DNA of 64,000 nt from the IMG/VR virus record IMGVR_UViG_3300037424_001076, positions 17,928-81,927 of that record; one strand, given 5' to 3'. The translations under genes and the position numbers were made by a program. A model generated the notes under the pieces. That model made no database searches, was not told the DNA's origin, and saw nothing but the letters and a program-made list of their open reading frames with translations. How positions within the stretch are numbered: position 1 is the stretch's first letter; every line of letters begins with the position of its first letter. The stretch is from a virus. Its lineage: Duplodnaviria > Caudoviricetes. This document shows, piece after piece, positions 18,572 through 28,138 of the stretch.

Positions 18572-19357
18572 TTACAAATAGAATTTATCATACTTATCAG
18601 TTTTAGATTTATTTTCTTGTCCATTAATTTTGCCACAGGATTTTTTTCCAGATAGACGGTCATTAACTTCATTTTGCAAAACAGTTTTAAACCAACTTGA
18701 TGGATGTGTTATTTCTTTGGGCCTAGATGCCAGTTTCCCCATAGCATAATTAAGATCAACTAATGTTGATCCCTGAACCTCTTTCATTATTTTAGAAAAA
18801 TCTATCTCATCCAAAATGGAGATCTCTGCAGTAATCTCTGGATAAGTAATCTCTGTATTAGAAGGACTGACTATTTCGACACTCCCAAGGGGCTGACTAT
18901 TTCGACACTCCCAAGGGGTTGTTGTTTTCGACACTCCCAAATCAAGACTGTTGTTTTCGACACTCCCAGTATCCATGCGTGTTTGATCATCTTTTTCAAG
19001 AAATTCCATAAATGATTCAACGAATTTTTCTATATCAATCCTATAATGAAATGATGTGTTTGAACTTCCTTTTATCTTTCTAACCTTACATTCTAATACA
19101 CCTTTTCCTACTAGGAACTTTCTAGCTTTATCAAGTGCATATCTGGATAAACTTATCTCCTCTTTCCATTCTGGTATCGTTTTGTAGATCCAATCTGGAT
19201 CACTCCCTTTATCAGACCAATATATTAATTGACTCAAAAATAACGCCGTGTCCTTACTTCCTGTGTAATCAATTAATTTTCTAGGAATTGTTAAAATATT
19301 CTCTTGTCCTGTCAAACTTTTCATAACTGCAAATATCTGTTTTTGATTAGAAGCCAT
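18572..19357 (-). CDS. Phage replication initiator (wHTH, lambda O-like)
   Basis: ALFLSQLIYWSDK..WIYKT..EW.EE..LS....KARK.L pattern; internal iterons. Confidence 0.8.
   Translation of the reverse strand: MASNQKQIFAVMKSLTGQENILTIPRKLIDYTGSKDTALFLSQLIYWSDKGSDPDWIYKTIPEWKEEISLSRYALDKARKFLVGKGVLECKVRKIKGSSNTSFHYRIDIEKFVESFMEFLEKDDQTRMDTGSVENNSLDLGVSKTTTPWECRNSQPLGSVEIVSPSNTEITYPEITAEISILDEIDFSKIMKEVQGSTLVDLNYAMGKLASRPKEITHPSSWFKTVLQNEVNDRLSGKKSCGKINGQENKSKTDKYDKFYL
18867..18968. repeat. Iterons / probable replication origin inside the initiator gene
   Basis: Four direct copies of TTCGACACTCCCA; the first two are identical 26-mers (18867-18892, 18893-18918). Confidence 0.8.
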
Positions 19358-19379
19358 TCTTATTTCTCTCCCTCAATCT

Positions 19380-19410
19380 AAAAAAGCTACCCGAGCACAA
19401 GCCAGATAGC
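19380..19410 (-). terminator. Intrinsic terminator-like hairpin just upstream of the initiator RBS (possible attenuator)
   Basis: Minus strand GCTATCTGG-cttgtgc-TCGGGTAGC-TTTTT. Confidence 0.55.
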
Positions 19411-19430
19411 AGAAGATCCATAAAATGTCA

Positions 19431-19460
19431 TTGATACCTTGTACTAATACATGGTATAAT
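19431..19460 (+). promoter_or_regulatory. Sigma-A promoter, antisense to the initiator leader
   Basis: TTGATA-18 nt-TATAAT with an extended TG. Confidence 0.65.
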
Positions 19461-19466
19461 GGGCAT

Positions 19467-19548
19467 AATCATATAGAAACCTTCGCATCGTGGTTTGGTG
19501 CTAAGACTAGAAAACCTTCGAGAACTACCAATTCTCGGAGGTTTTTGC
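19467..19548 (+). ncRNA. Putative ~80-nt antisense RNA
   Basis: Promoter upstream and terminator hairpin AAACCTTCGAGAA...TTCTCGGAGGTTTTT at 19511-19546; no ORF. Confidence 0.45.
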
Positions 19549-19797
19549 TTTATTCATTTATTTTTATTATTATACCATAAGCATAGGACGAGATGACACC
19601 TTTTAGAAAACTATATTTCCTTTGTTATCATACTCAAATCTATTACATCAATAATTTTAACTTTCGTAAGTGATCCCGGCAAGAATGCAGTAGTATCTTT
19701 TTTCCATATATCATTCACCGATGAATTCCACCATAATTTTTTACCACTTTTTACATACTCAGCTAATATTAAAAATCTCATAATTTCACCTTTCTCT

Positions 19798-20013
19798 CTA
19801 ATTTTTTATTTTAATAGCTGCAAAAATCATCGTATTAGTTCCGGTATGTTTCCCTAATATTTTATAATTTTCATCTTCAAAATGGGTAGGTTCTTTGTAT
19901 CCCTGTGCCATAGCAATTTCCATATCCTCAAATACATCCTCAATTTTCACTGTTAGGAATCTAGGAGTTTTAACGTAATCGCCTTTTTTCATTTTTAAGT
20001 TCCTTCCTTTCAC
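19798..20013 (-). CDS. Hypothetical protein
   Basis: Co-oriented ORF. Confidence 0.55.
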   Translation of the reverse strand: MKGRNLKMKKGDYVKTPRFLTVKIEDVFEDMEIAMAQGYKEPTHFEDENYKILGKHTGTNTMIFAAIKIKN

Positions 20014-20279
20014 GGATTATTTAAAACCTCGTCATGGTGTCCACAATTTCTAAATATTATATTTTTTTCATCATCGATACTAAATGTTATTCTGATATCC
20101 ATATTTCCACTAATTTCATAAATTCCTCTGTGCCCTTTTACCTTTTTAAATCTTAGGCTATTTGGCAATGATTCAGAAAATAACTGCCTCATAGCCTTCT
20201 GTACGCAATCTCTGAGTTCACGATCTAATTTTATAAATGCTCTATCAAATCTTTTAAGAGTTTTAGAATTTTTAAACAT
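20010..20279 (-). CDS. RelE/ParE-superfamily toxin
   Basis: F.RAF.KL....SLRFKKVKG..GIYEI......RITF.....FRNCGHHD; coupled to an AbrB-type gene. Confidence 0.8.
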   Translation of the reverse strand: MFKNSKTLKRFDRAFIKLDRELRDCVQKAMRQLFSESLPNSLRFKKVKGHRGIYEISGNMDIRITFSIDDEKNIIFRNCGHHDEVLNNP

Positions 20280-20562
20280 TAGTTTCTTCCTTTAATTTAT
20301 CAAGATGTTCCATGAGTTCATCTAAATTCATTGCTTTTGAAACTCTTCCCATTCTTATATCTTCATCTGCCTCTCGTTCACCATCTTGCCATTCTTTTGT
20401 CCAGAACCATGCCTGACTCTTATCAATAACTAAAACTGGTGTAATAATTATCTTTCCATCTTGAACAACAATTTCTAAATTATCACCTTTTTTTATTTCA
20501 AGTTCATCCACAACCTCCTTTGGCAATGTTATCTGGGATTTCTCCCTCAATGCTGTAATCAT
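20272..20562 (-). CDS. AbrB/MazE-family antitoxin
   Basis: KSQITLPKEV..L.IKKGD.LE..VQDGKIIITP...QAWFWTKEWQ.GE.EADEDI..GR. Confidence 0.88.
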   Translation of the reverse strand: MITALREKSQITLPKEVVDELEIKKGDNLEIVVQDGKIIITPVLVIDKSQAWFWTKEWQDGEREADEDIRMGRVSKAMNLDELMEHLDKLKEETNV

Positions 20563-20634
20563 TTATTTAGCCTCCCATTCCTACATTCTTACTTTCTAAC
20601 TTTATTATACTAGAAAATTTAATGGCTGTATATA

Positions 20635-20832
20635 CTACTCTCGCCTTATCCCATCGCAATTATCGCCTTGAGCAACCATATCATTCGCTTCAACTCTAGA
20701 ATCCAAATACCTACCAATACTAGTGTATTTTACACACATAAAACCCTTTGGGCCGACTGTAATATAACGACAACATTCATTACCTTGACCGATTTTGCAA
20801 ATTTCCTTTACGTGTTTTTCTGGAATTTTCAT
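20635..20832 (-). CDS. Small Cys-rich hypothetical protein
   Basis: CKIGQGNECCRY..C..C. Confidence 0.6.
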   Translation of the reverse strand: MKIPEKHVKEICKIGQGNECCRYITVGPKGFMCVKYTSIGRYLDSRVEANDMVAQGDNCDGIRRE

Positions 20833-20858
20833 TTTTAAATTCTTCCTTTCCCTTCATT

Positions 20859-21056
20859 CTACTCCTTTACATATTTATGCAAGATACTCAATAACTCGCA
20901 ATATTCCCCGCCATGCAACTTATATAATCTGCTTTTCTTAACTTCTTCCCACTCACCAGATTCCATTGCATTCATGATCCTCTTGATGTCGAACCGATTG
21001 GTATAACTTTTATATCTACCAGATTTTATCTCATCTATCGCATGTTGTATATTCAT
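20859..21056 (-). CDS. Hypothetical protein
   Basis: First gene after operator copy 21117. Confidence 0.55.
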   Translation of the reverse strand: MNIQHAIDEIKSGRYKSYTNRFDIKRIMNAMESGEWEEVKKSRLYKLHGGEYCELLSILHKYVKE

Positions 21057-21165
21057 TTCAAACTTCCTCCTTTTTATTTTTCTCTCCCTGACCTAAATCT
21101 ATTTTACCACGAAAATGTATACTTTGTCCACACGTAAACAAAAGAAAAGACGGCCCATGCCGTCA

Positions 21166-21447
21166 TTAATTTTTTCCATTTCTGACTTGTTCGATCGTAT
21201 TTTTACCAGAAGAATATAAACCACTAGCAGATAAACCAGTTATTATCCCGATCAAGATCGCAGTTGGGATACAATCACGACCACTCGGAATAAAGAAATA
21301 TGCTGCAAATATCCCAAAGAATATATTTGATAACGGAAAGAATTTCTTATCTAAACCCAATGCCTTAAATACCTCTGTAATGGACATAATAATTGGAGTA
21401 AAGAATATTATCAATTGCCAATCTGATGCATTTAAAATTAAATCCAT
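21166..21447 (-). CDS. Holin
   Basis: Three hydrophobic segments, G...GL.ASGLYS..K motif, at end of tail module. Confidence 0.8.
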   Translation of the reverse strand: MDLILNASDWQLIIFFTPIIMSITEVFKALGLDKKFFPLSNIFFGIFAAYFFIPSGRDCIPTAILIGIITGLSASGLYSSGKNTIEQVRNGKN

Positions 21448-21461
21448 TTACTGTCCCTCCC

Positions 21462-21812
21462 TTACGGACATAAGGTTGGTTCTACGACATCAAAAGTTCT
21501 ACTCGATGTAAAAACGCTTCCTCCCGGAAATCCTAGACGAACCTCAAATTTATATACACCAGTACTTGCGAGATCACCAGATACTATCATATACGAAACT
21601 TGACCAGCAGTAGCATTGTAGATCGTCATCGAATGGCTTGTCTTTACATTATTACCATCAAGTATACAAAGTGATGGCGAAGTTGCCGTTGCTAAATTAA
21701 CAACCGAGTCCGATGGATCGTTAATAGTAAAAATTAACAATGTTCCGATATCATTAACTTTTATGACAATCACCTCAACTTTGTTCAATGCTAACTTGAT
21801 AATTAATAACAT
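21462..21812 (-). CDS. BppU-N-like baseplate/structural domain protein
   Basis: GQVSY.....DL...GVYKFEV.L.F motif. Confidence 0.6.
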   Translation of the reverse strand: MLLIIKLALNKVEVIVIKVNDIGTLLIFTINDPSDSVVNLATATSPSLCILDGNNVKTSHSMTIYNATAGQVSYMIVSGDLASTGVYKFEVRLGFPGGSVFTSSRTFDVVEPTLCP

Positions 21813-23130
21813 TAAAAATCTTAACTACAAAATTTATAGTAATGAATACAGTTGGAGTATTCGTTACATTTGGATCAGATACACTAAAAATAATTGTCGC
21901 TGGATCTGGATAAATCACATGCGAAAACATAATACCATTAGCAGAAAATGTCGCTGTATTAGGATCAGGATAAATAACTAGATTTGTCTTAACACCATTT
22001 GCCGAAAATGTAGCTATGGCTGCATTAGGGTATATGGTCATTGCTATTGTAGGGGGTGGGATAGATAAGGTTATAACACTAGGTGTCGCATATTGCGTTA
22101 ATCTTATCGTTCCTGCTGAAACTGTAAAATTAGCAATGGCTGGAGTAGGTTTTTGTGTTAATACAATTCTTGAAGTTTCCGCACTGAAATTTGCAATAAC
22201 TGGTGTTGGAAAAATAATATCTCCTACGAAGGCCGGAGATTGTGCCGAAAATGTAGCAACACTTGCTGTAGGCTGAACCGTTACTGTACCTAATACTATA
22301 GTAGGGTTTGGCACGGTAAATGTCGCTGTAACCGAATCAACTATTTGATGTTGACCATTGAATACATCTGCATTCGGGGCCGAAAAATTCGCCACTAAAG
22401 CAGTAGGCTCATAATTTAACGCTAGTCTTCTTGCAGTAGCAGTTCTTGTTCCATCATTTGTATTAGTCGTTGAATCAACTGCAGTCGTTCCACTTGATTC
22501 ATTAAATTTCCAATAACCGATTAATCCACTTTCTGATCCAGTTAATTCTGTCCATTGATTTGTAGAAATTTCTGTTGCATCTCTTGCCGTATCCCACAAT
22601 CTAATTTCATCAATAAATGCAGGAACGTTCGCTGTTGTTGGGTTTGCACTTCCAGAACCAAATGCTCCAAAATTTAGATCTTGAGCAGTATCGTTCTGAA
22701 TTGCTCCAGTAGCAACTGTCTGAGTAACAAAAGATCCATCTAGGTAAATCAAGATATGAGCGCCATCATAGACCATTGCCACGGAATGAAGATCATGGGT
22801 ATTCCAAGTGCTTACACTAGTAGTAACAGTTCTCCGTGTTGCGTCCGTTGCTTCTTTTAAAGAGAAAATAATAACTTGACTAGATCTTACAAAATTGACA
22901 TTCCAACCCAAATCAGCACTACCAGTTAATCCTTTATTAACGACATAACCAGTAGTGAAAGGCATTCCTGAAACTATTGTATTAATCCTTATCCTGAACT
23001 CAATAGTCATAAATGTTGATGGTTCTAAAGTTACATCTCTTGGTATTTTTACATATGAACCACTACCCGAAAAATTATAACCTAAATAAGTTCCTTGAGG
23101 GGCTGGCAATATAATTCCTCCTTTCCTCAA
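21775..23130 (-). CDS. Tail-associated protein with LamG-like jelly-roll domain
   Basis: H.VAMVYDG..I.IYLDG..IDEIRLW....R....GLIGYWKFNE. Confidence 0.8.
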   Translation of the reverse strand: MRKGGIILPAPQGTYLGYNFSGSGSYVKIPRDVTLEPSTFMTIEFRIRINTIVSGMPFTTGYVVNKGLTGSADLGWNVNFVRSSQVIIFSLKEATDATRRTVTTSVSTWNTHDLHSVAMVYDGAHILIYLDGSFVTQTVATGAIQNDTAQDLNFGAFGSGSANPTTANVPAFIDEIRLWDTARDATEISTNQWTELTGSESGLIGYWKFNESSGTTAVDSTTNTNDGTRTATARRLALNYEPTALVANFSAPNADVFNGQHQIVDSVTATFTVPNPTIVLGTVTVQPTASVATFSAQSPAFVGDIIFPTPVIANFSAETSRIVLTQKPTPAIANFTVSAGTIRLTQYATPSVITLSIPPPTIAMTIYPNAAIATFSANGVKTNLVIYPDPNTATFSANGIMFSHVIYPDPATIIFSVSDPNVTNTPTVFITINFVVKIFNVINYQVSIEQS

Positions 23131-23191
23131 AGATAAAAGCTGAGAAACCTGAGTTTTTAGCTCAGGTTAATAAATAGGTGGTATACATAAG

Positions 23192-23689
23192 TTAGGTAAG
23201 ATCAATTATGCCAGCAGTACTCCAAGAAATAGTAAGATCTCCTGAATTTGTCACAATCGGAAATCCGCTATCAATATAACAAATCATCGTTGTTCCAGTA
23301 TCGCTAGTAGTAGTCCCAGCTCCGCCCTCCCTAAGCAAAATAGCTGCTCCAGCAGTACCAGCATTAATGGATGTCCAAGTCACATCCGTGGCATCAAATA
23401 CAGCTCTATTATTGGTATTATCTTGTGTCATAGTTTTTGATGCCAACGTTTTTCTACCTGTAGATCCGCCAATACCTCCAGCATATCCTCCCGTTGTGTT
23501 ATTAAGTTCATAGGATGCTGCATCAGAAGTCGTGCCATCTGAAAATAGATTATCATCGGGATCTACCACATATCCAGTTGTTACTAAAGCAACTTTGATT
23601 GTGTTTGTGAGTAAACTTATTTTCTTAAATGCACCACTTGAAGAACCTACTGAAAACTTTTTAAAGGTATTAAAAACTGTATTTGCCAT
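23192..23689 (-). CDS. Phage tail/structural protein
   Basis: TIKVAL....FDATDVTW....A...L....D..F..VTNSGD.TISW. Confidence 0.7.
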   Translation of the reverse strand: MANTVFNTFKKFSVGSSSGAFKKISLLTNTIKVALVTTGYVVDPDDNLFSDGTTSDAASYELNNTTGGYAGGIGGSTGRKTLASKTMTQDNTNNRAVFDATDVTWTSINAGTAGAAILLREGGAGTTTSDTGTTMICYIDSGFPIVTNSGDLTISWSTAGIIDLT

Positions 23690-23707
23690 TTAATCACAAC
23701 TCCTTTT

Positions 23708-24997
23708 TTATACATTAGTAACCGTTGGCACTGGGATACTAAATTGAACCACGTTTGCATTTGGGTGATATGAAAAAATAACTCTCGTTGCATTGACTAT
23801 TTGACCATCAATATTTGTAGTCGGATTAGTTGCATTATTTGCAATTAGTCCACTATTTTCGTTAAATTTCCAATACCCAACCAAACCTGTAGATGTACTT
23901 GTATCAACTTCTCCTAACATATTTGCTTGAATTTGAGCAAGTGATCTAGCAACATTCCATATTCTAACTTCATCAATAAATCCTTTAAATCGATTATTAG
24001 CTGGAATACTCGATCCTGCTCCACCAGCACCGATATTAAGATAATTAGTGTGATCCTGCACAATTGCACCAACAAAAGCTGCCTGATCTACAAGAACTCC
24101 GTTGATATAAAGAATTAGATTTGCCCCATCATATACACCCGCTATATGATGGATTTCTTCCGTTGATAAACCAGCTACACTCGCAGTAACATTCCTTTGT
24201 GTTCCAGCAATATTACACCTCCAATCAACTCGATTTGTAATTTTTGCTAATGCTAACTGATAATTTAAAAATTTCATTCCCAAGACAGCAGTTACTCCTT
24301 GATCTGCCATATTAAATTTAGTTCTAACTTCAAATGTAATATTAACTGTCGGCTCAATTGTAACATCGGGAGGTATTTGAATATATGCATTAATTCCATT
24401 AAAATCATACCCATAATACGTTTTCTGTGAAATATTAAAAAGATAATTATTTCTTACATTAGCAGATAAATTTATAATACATGGTGTAGCATTAACAGTC
24501 TGGAAAATTATATCCGACTCATACCAATTGAAACAAATATCAAAATTTGTATCGGTTGCTCCTGCCGTAAATTCCAATAAATAACTAGTACTTTTTTTCA
24601 ATATAAATTCCGGTACATCAAGACTGACTTTAATACCAGAAATCATAGAATATGATTCTAATAAATTTCCTGTTGTTGCAACTGTATAATCTGAAATTGT
24701 AAGACTTGAAATCTTATTTGACCTTCTAAAAACATTAAATGTATCATAAGCAACACCAGTTACCCCAGTTGAACCTTCATAAAACTTAAACATAGAACCC
24801 GATACAGTAGGTATTATGTTCCAATTGTTAATATGGATCAGACTTCCATCCAGTGTTTTTAACTCTATTGTCTTAGTGGTTGCTGCAGAAACAGTAATAC
24901 TAGTTTTGAATTCAAATGTTCCTCCACGAAAAATATAATTGAGATCATATGGAGTTGTCCTAAATTCCTTAATTATAATCTTGTCAGGAGTTAACAA
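23708..24997 (-). CDS. Tail-associated protein: ~160-aa paralog domain plus LamG-like domain
   Basis: N-terminus resembles the two upstream genes; C-terminal LamG (IDEVRIWN..GLVGYWKFNE). Confidence 0.75.
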   Translation of the reverse strand: MLTPDKIIIKEFRTTPYDLNYIFRGGTFEFKTSITVSAATTKTIELKTLDGSLIHINNWNIIPTVSGSMFKFYEGSTGVTGVAYDTFNVFRRSNKISSLTISDYTVATTGNLLESYSMISGIKVSLDVPEFILKKSTSYLLEFTAGATDTNFDICFNWYESDIIFQTVNATPCIINLSANVRNNYLFNISQKTYYGYDFNGINAYIQIPPDVTIEPTVNITFEVRTKFNMADQGVTAVLGMKFLNYQLALAKITNRVDWRCNIAGTQRNVTASVAGLSTEEIHHIAGVYDGANLILYINGVLVDQAAFVGAIVQDHTNYLNIGAGGAGSSIPANNRFKGFIDEVRIWNVARSLAQIQANMLGEVDTSTSTGLVGYWKFNENSGLIANNATNPTTNIDGQIVNATRVIFSYHPNANVVQFSIPVPTVTNV

Positions 24998-25042
24998 TTT
25001 AATGATCCACCTCCCTCCGACTAAAATATAAAGAAATAATAT

Positions 25043-25531
25043 TTAATTGGTAGCTTCATACCAAACAAAACTATTTGATACTGTAGTTGCCGCGACACTA
25101 TTCACGAATCTAAAAAGATACTTTGAATTTTTAGGCAATATCATTTCAGGCGCAATTTGATTTGATTTTGAATTAGCAACAAGTGATATTCTATAAATAG
25201 CAACACCAGAACTTCCAGATGTAGTTGGATTAGAAAAAAACCCAGTTTGGGATGTTGTATTTACCACCCTGTTAACATTATAAGGGATTGTACTCAGCGT
25301 TGATCCATCCACATCAATTCCATTTTCAACTAATTCAAAAACACAACCACTACTATTCGTAAATATTGAGTGACCAATAATATGCATATCCCTATCTGTT
25401 GGAGTAACAATTTCATAATTTAATGTCCCAACAATAAGTGCCGTATCTATTACATATTTAAATAGATTACCAGATACTACAAATTGTAAATCATATGGAT
25501 GTTGGCCATCCCTCATAGAAAACGTTTGCAC
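25043..25531 (-). CDS. Tail-region structural protein (paralog family)
   Basis: PYDLQF...YNVNR...PE.IL....Y...WYE. Confidence 0.65.
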   Translation of the reverse strand: MQTFSMRDGQHPYDLQFVVSGNLFKYVIDTALIVGTLNYEIVTPTDRDMHIIGHSIFTNSSGCVFELVENGIDVDGSTLSTIPYNVNRVVNTTSQTGFFSNPTTSGSSGVAIYRISLVANSKSNQIAPEMILPKNSKYLFRFVNSVAATTVSNSFVWYEATN

Positions 25532-25547
25532 TCATGATGACCTCCCA

Positions 25548-26030
25548 TTAATTACCAGATTCATACCATACAAAATTAAAATCTATAGGTATATTAGTAG
25601 AACCAGTATTTGTAATCCGAATGTTATAATATGAATCCGTTTGTAATATTATCTCTGGTGATATTTGTTCCCATATCGTCCCAGATACTAAATTATTGCT
25701 TTCAATAACCGTACCACCAGTAGAAGTAACATTAGATGCAATTACCGTTTTTGATGTTGTGCCACTTCTCCTGTCAACATTATAAGCCAATTGATTAACG
25801 GTTCCAGTTGATGATATTACTGGATTTTCTACCAATTTAACATTCATTCCAGTACTTGATGTAAGAATAGATCTAGCAACAATATGAGTTATTTCCCCAG
25901 TACTCGTCTTAATTTGTAAATTAGTAATACCAGTAATAAACCCAGAATTATATTGCCATTGAAACATTTTTCCAGCAAATGCGAATTGAAGATCATATGG
26001 TGTATCCCGAAATGGAGTGAGTTCAAACAT
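25548..26030 (-). CDS. Tail-region structural protein (paralog family)
   Basis: PYDLQF...YNVDR...PEIIL....Y...WYE. Confidence 0.65.
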   Translation of the reverse strand: MFELTPFRDTPYDLQFAFAGKMFQWQYNSGFITGITNLQIKTSTGEITHIVARSILTSSTGMNVKLVENPVISSTGTVNQLAYNVDRRSGTTSKTVIASNVTSTGGTVIESNNLVSGTIWEQISPEIILQTDSYYNIRITNTGSTNIPIDFNFVWYESGN

Positions 26031-26045
26031 TTTTTATCATCTCCT

Positions 26046-26435
26046 CTAACTCTTCATCTCCATTACCTTAATTAATGCTGTCCCAGTAAAGGAAATAGCC
26101 CAAAGTTTTTGATTTTGATTTTGATCTAACTTTACAGTTGCCGAAACACCTGAATTAACTAGAATTCCATCTGTTGGCGATAATGTAGACGTGCCTTTGA
26201 TATAAAAGAGAATGGAAGAATCATTTGTTACAAATAATGTATGCCTCCCATTAAGCCCAGTTGTACCAACTTTAAGTTCAGTAACACCCGCCGAACTAAC
26301 ACTAACTGTTCCAACTTTAGTGCCAGAACCCCAAGCTGATCCAATTACTTCAGCAATATTTACAGTTAAGCCAGTAGTTGCAGCTAATACACCACTATTT
26401 CGGTGATTCGCTGGTGCTGGAGGAATAAATGGCAT
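26046..26435 (-). CDS. Tail-region structural protein
   Basis: Likely start MPFIPPAPANHRN (RBS GGAGG), shorter than the ORF-track call; N-terminus resembles the next gene. Confidence 0.6.
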   Translation of the reverse strand: MPFIPPAPANHRNSGVLAATTGLTVNIAEVIGSAWGSGTKVGTVSVSSAGVTELKVGTTGLNGRHTLFVTNDSSILFYIKGTSTLSPTDGILVNSGVSATVKLDQNQNQKLWAISFTGTALIKVMEMKS

Positions 26436-26463
26436 TAAAAAAACCTCCTTTTGATCTAATATC

Positions 26464-27708
26464 CTAGAACTTATCCAACCATCGGCATCCAATGCCGATA
26501 GCACTTGCTCCCGATGAAAATGCTGTAAACGAAAGTGTTTCACCCGGTAAGGACAACATGATATAGTCAGACATATCAATACTTTGACTACCAGTCTTTC
26601 CTAATTTAATTGGAAATGTCAAAGTTCCACCACTTACACTGGTGGCTGCAATATCATAGCTCACGACACTATTATTGGCATCAATCGAGTGATAACTTGT
26701 TCCATTTATTGTTGCATTTTTTAAAATTTGAATATCAACATTTTTTGTTCCATCTGCTGAAACTGATATGAATATTGGCTGAAATGGTATCCTGTTTGTC
26801 AATCCTCCAAATACAGTAGAATTTTTCAAGGTAAATATGCTTGTGCGAAGGTTTGCGGATATAGCCTTGGTATTAGTGAATGCAAATCCACGGTTGGAAA
26901 TCAGAGGTGAAGCATTCCCTGTTATCGTACCAGCGCTCCAACTAGATGTCATCATGATAACATTTGTTGCCCCTGCAGTTTTCTCAACCCTACAAGTAAC
27001 TGGTAGAACTGGGTTAGAGATAGATGTATTTGTTGTGCTACCGGGATATTCTACTACATGAAAAGGTGTCCATACACCATCTGATCTTAAAATCTCATAC
27101 ACTATTATTGCAGCTCCCAAGTATCCATAAGATATCTTGAATACATTATTTTTCGAGAAATCTGCAGTAATACCACTCATTCCAGTGCCATCTAATTTAT
27201 CCCTATTGAAACTAGACTGGGTAACAATTGTGTCTACCCCTTCTTTTCTAGTCGCTATGCAGAAATTAATGCCAGTAAATCCTAGATATATCCCATTTTG
27301 GTCATCAAATAGGCCGATCTGTTGGTTTGAATCAGCTATTCCTAATACTCCTCCAGCTTGAGTTGTGAATTCACATGTGAAGAATGAATAACCTTCCCTT
27401 CCAGATCTATATCTTACCGACTGTATGGATTGTAATTGAGCAGTTCCAGCAGCAGCAAGACCACTAGCTATTTTTGCTTGCGGTACGACACTTGTTACCG
27501 CACCTCCTCCAGTTACAGCGTTAATTGTGTCATACGAAGAAACTCCAACTTGAAATGAAATAGTAACTTCATCTAATTTTGATCCAATTATAGTATCTCC
27601 GAATACTGAATATTGGGGGCCTTTCTTGGATGCGTCTCGTAATAATTGTCCACTATAGATAGCTTCTGAAGCATTCCTATGGTTTTGTGGAGGAATAAAA
27701 GCTGCCAT
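26464..27708 (-). CDS. Tail-associated beta-rich protein
   Basis: RYRSGRE..IGLFDDQNG..FNRDKLDGTG.SG pattern seen in phage structural genes. Confidence 0.65.
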   Translation of the reverse strand: MAAFIPPQNHRNASEAIYSGQLLRDASKKGPQYSVFGDTIIGSKLDEVTISFQVGVSSYDTINAVTGGGAVTSVVPQAKIASGLAAAGTAQLQSIQSVRYRSGREGYSFFTCEFTTQAGGVLGIADSNQQIGLFDDQNGIYLGFTGINFCIATRKEGVDTIVTQSSFNRDKLDGTGMSGITADFSKNNVFKISYGYLGAAIIVYEILRSDGVWTPFHVVEYPGSTTNTSISNPVLPVTCRVEKTAGATNVIMMTSSWSAGTITGNASPLISNRGFAFTNTKAISANLRTSIFTLKNSTVFGGLTNRIPFQPIFISVSADGTKNVDIQILKNATINGTSYHSIDANNSVVSYDIAATSVSGGTLTFPIKLGKTGSQSIDMSDYIMLSLPGETLSFTAFSSGASAIGIGCRWLDKF

Positions 27709-27762
27709 CTTAAATAATCACCTCGACATTTCAACTATCCGCGATATGCATAATTTATTAAC

Positions 27763-28125
27763 TTAGGTAAATCTAGTTTTTAATAATCTGCAATTTTTCA
27801 ATTCCGTACTACCAATTTGATAAAATTCATTATTTAATTGGTAATCAAAATCAAATACACCTTCGAATTGTCCCCAATAATTTTCAGCATCTACAAGTGT
27901 GGGGAAATCCATACTAGAATAAATCTTCCACTTGACAGGCATTTTACTTATATCTGTAGTTGGGCTTGATGCAGTACAATACGGACAGTTTCCACACATA
28001 TAACAACTTTCTTCCCTAAAAACAGAATAATCTCCAATCTGTAACTGAGCAACAATTTCATTCATTTCTGAGGTAGAATTAAAATGTTTTTGAGAAGCGA
28101 TAAACCAACTTCCCATTTTTATCAC
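27763..28125 (-). CDS. Hypothetical protein with Cys cluster
   Basis: CYMCGNCPYC. Confidence 0.6.
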   Translation of the reverse strand: MIKMGSWFIASQKHFNSTSEMNEIVAQLQIGDYSVFREESCYMCGNCPYCTASSPTTDISKMPVKWKIYSSMDFPTLVDAENYWGQFEGVFDFDYQLNNEFYQIGSTELKNCRLLKTRFT

Positions 28126-28138
28126 TCCCTTTAATAGC

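Noticed and set aside
21775-27708. Diversity-generating retroelement acting on tail genes
   Set aside because: No reverse transcriptase and no TR/VR pair differing only at adenines was seen
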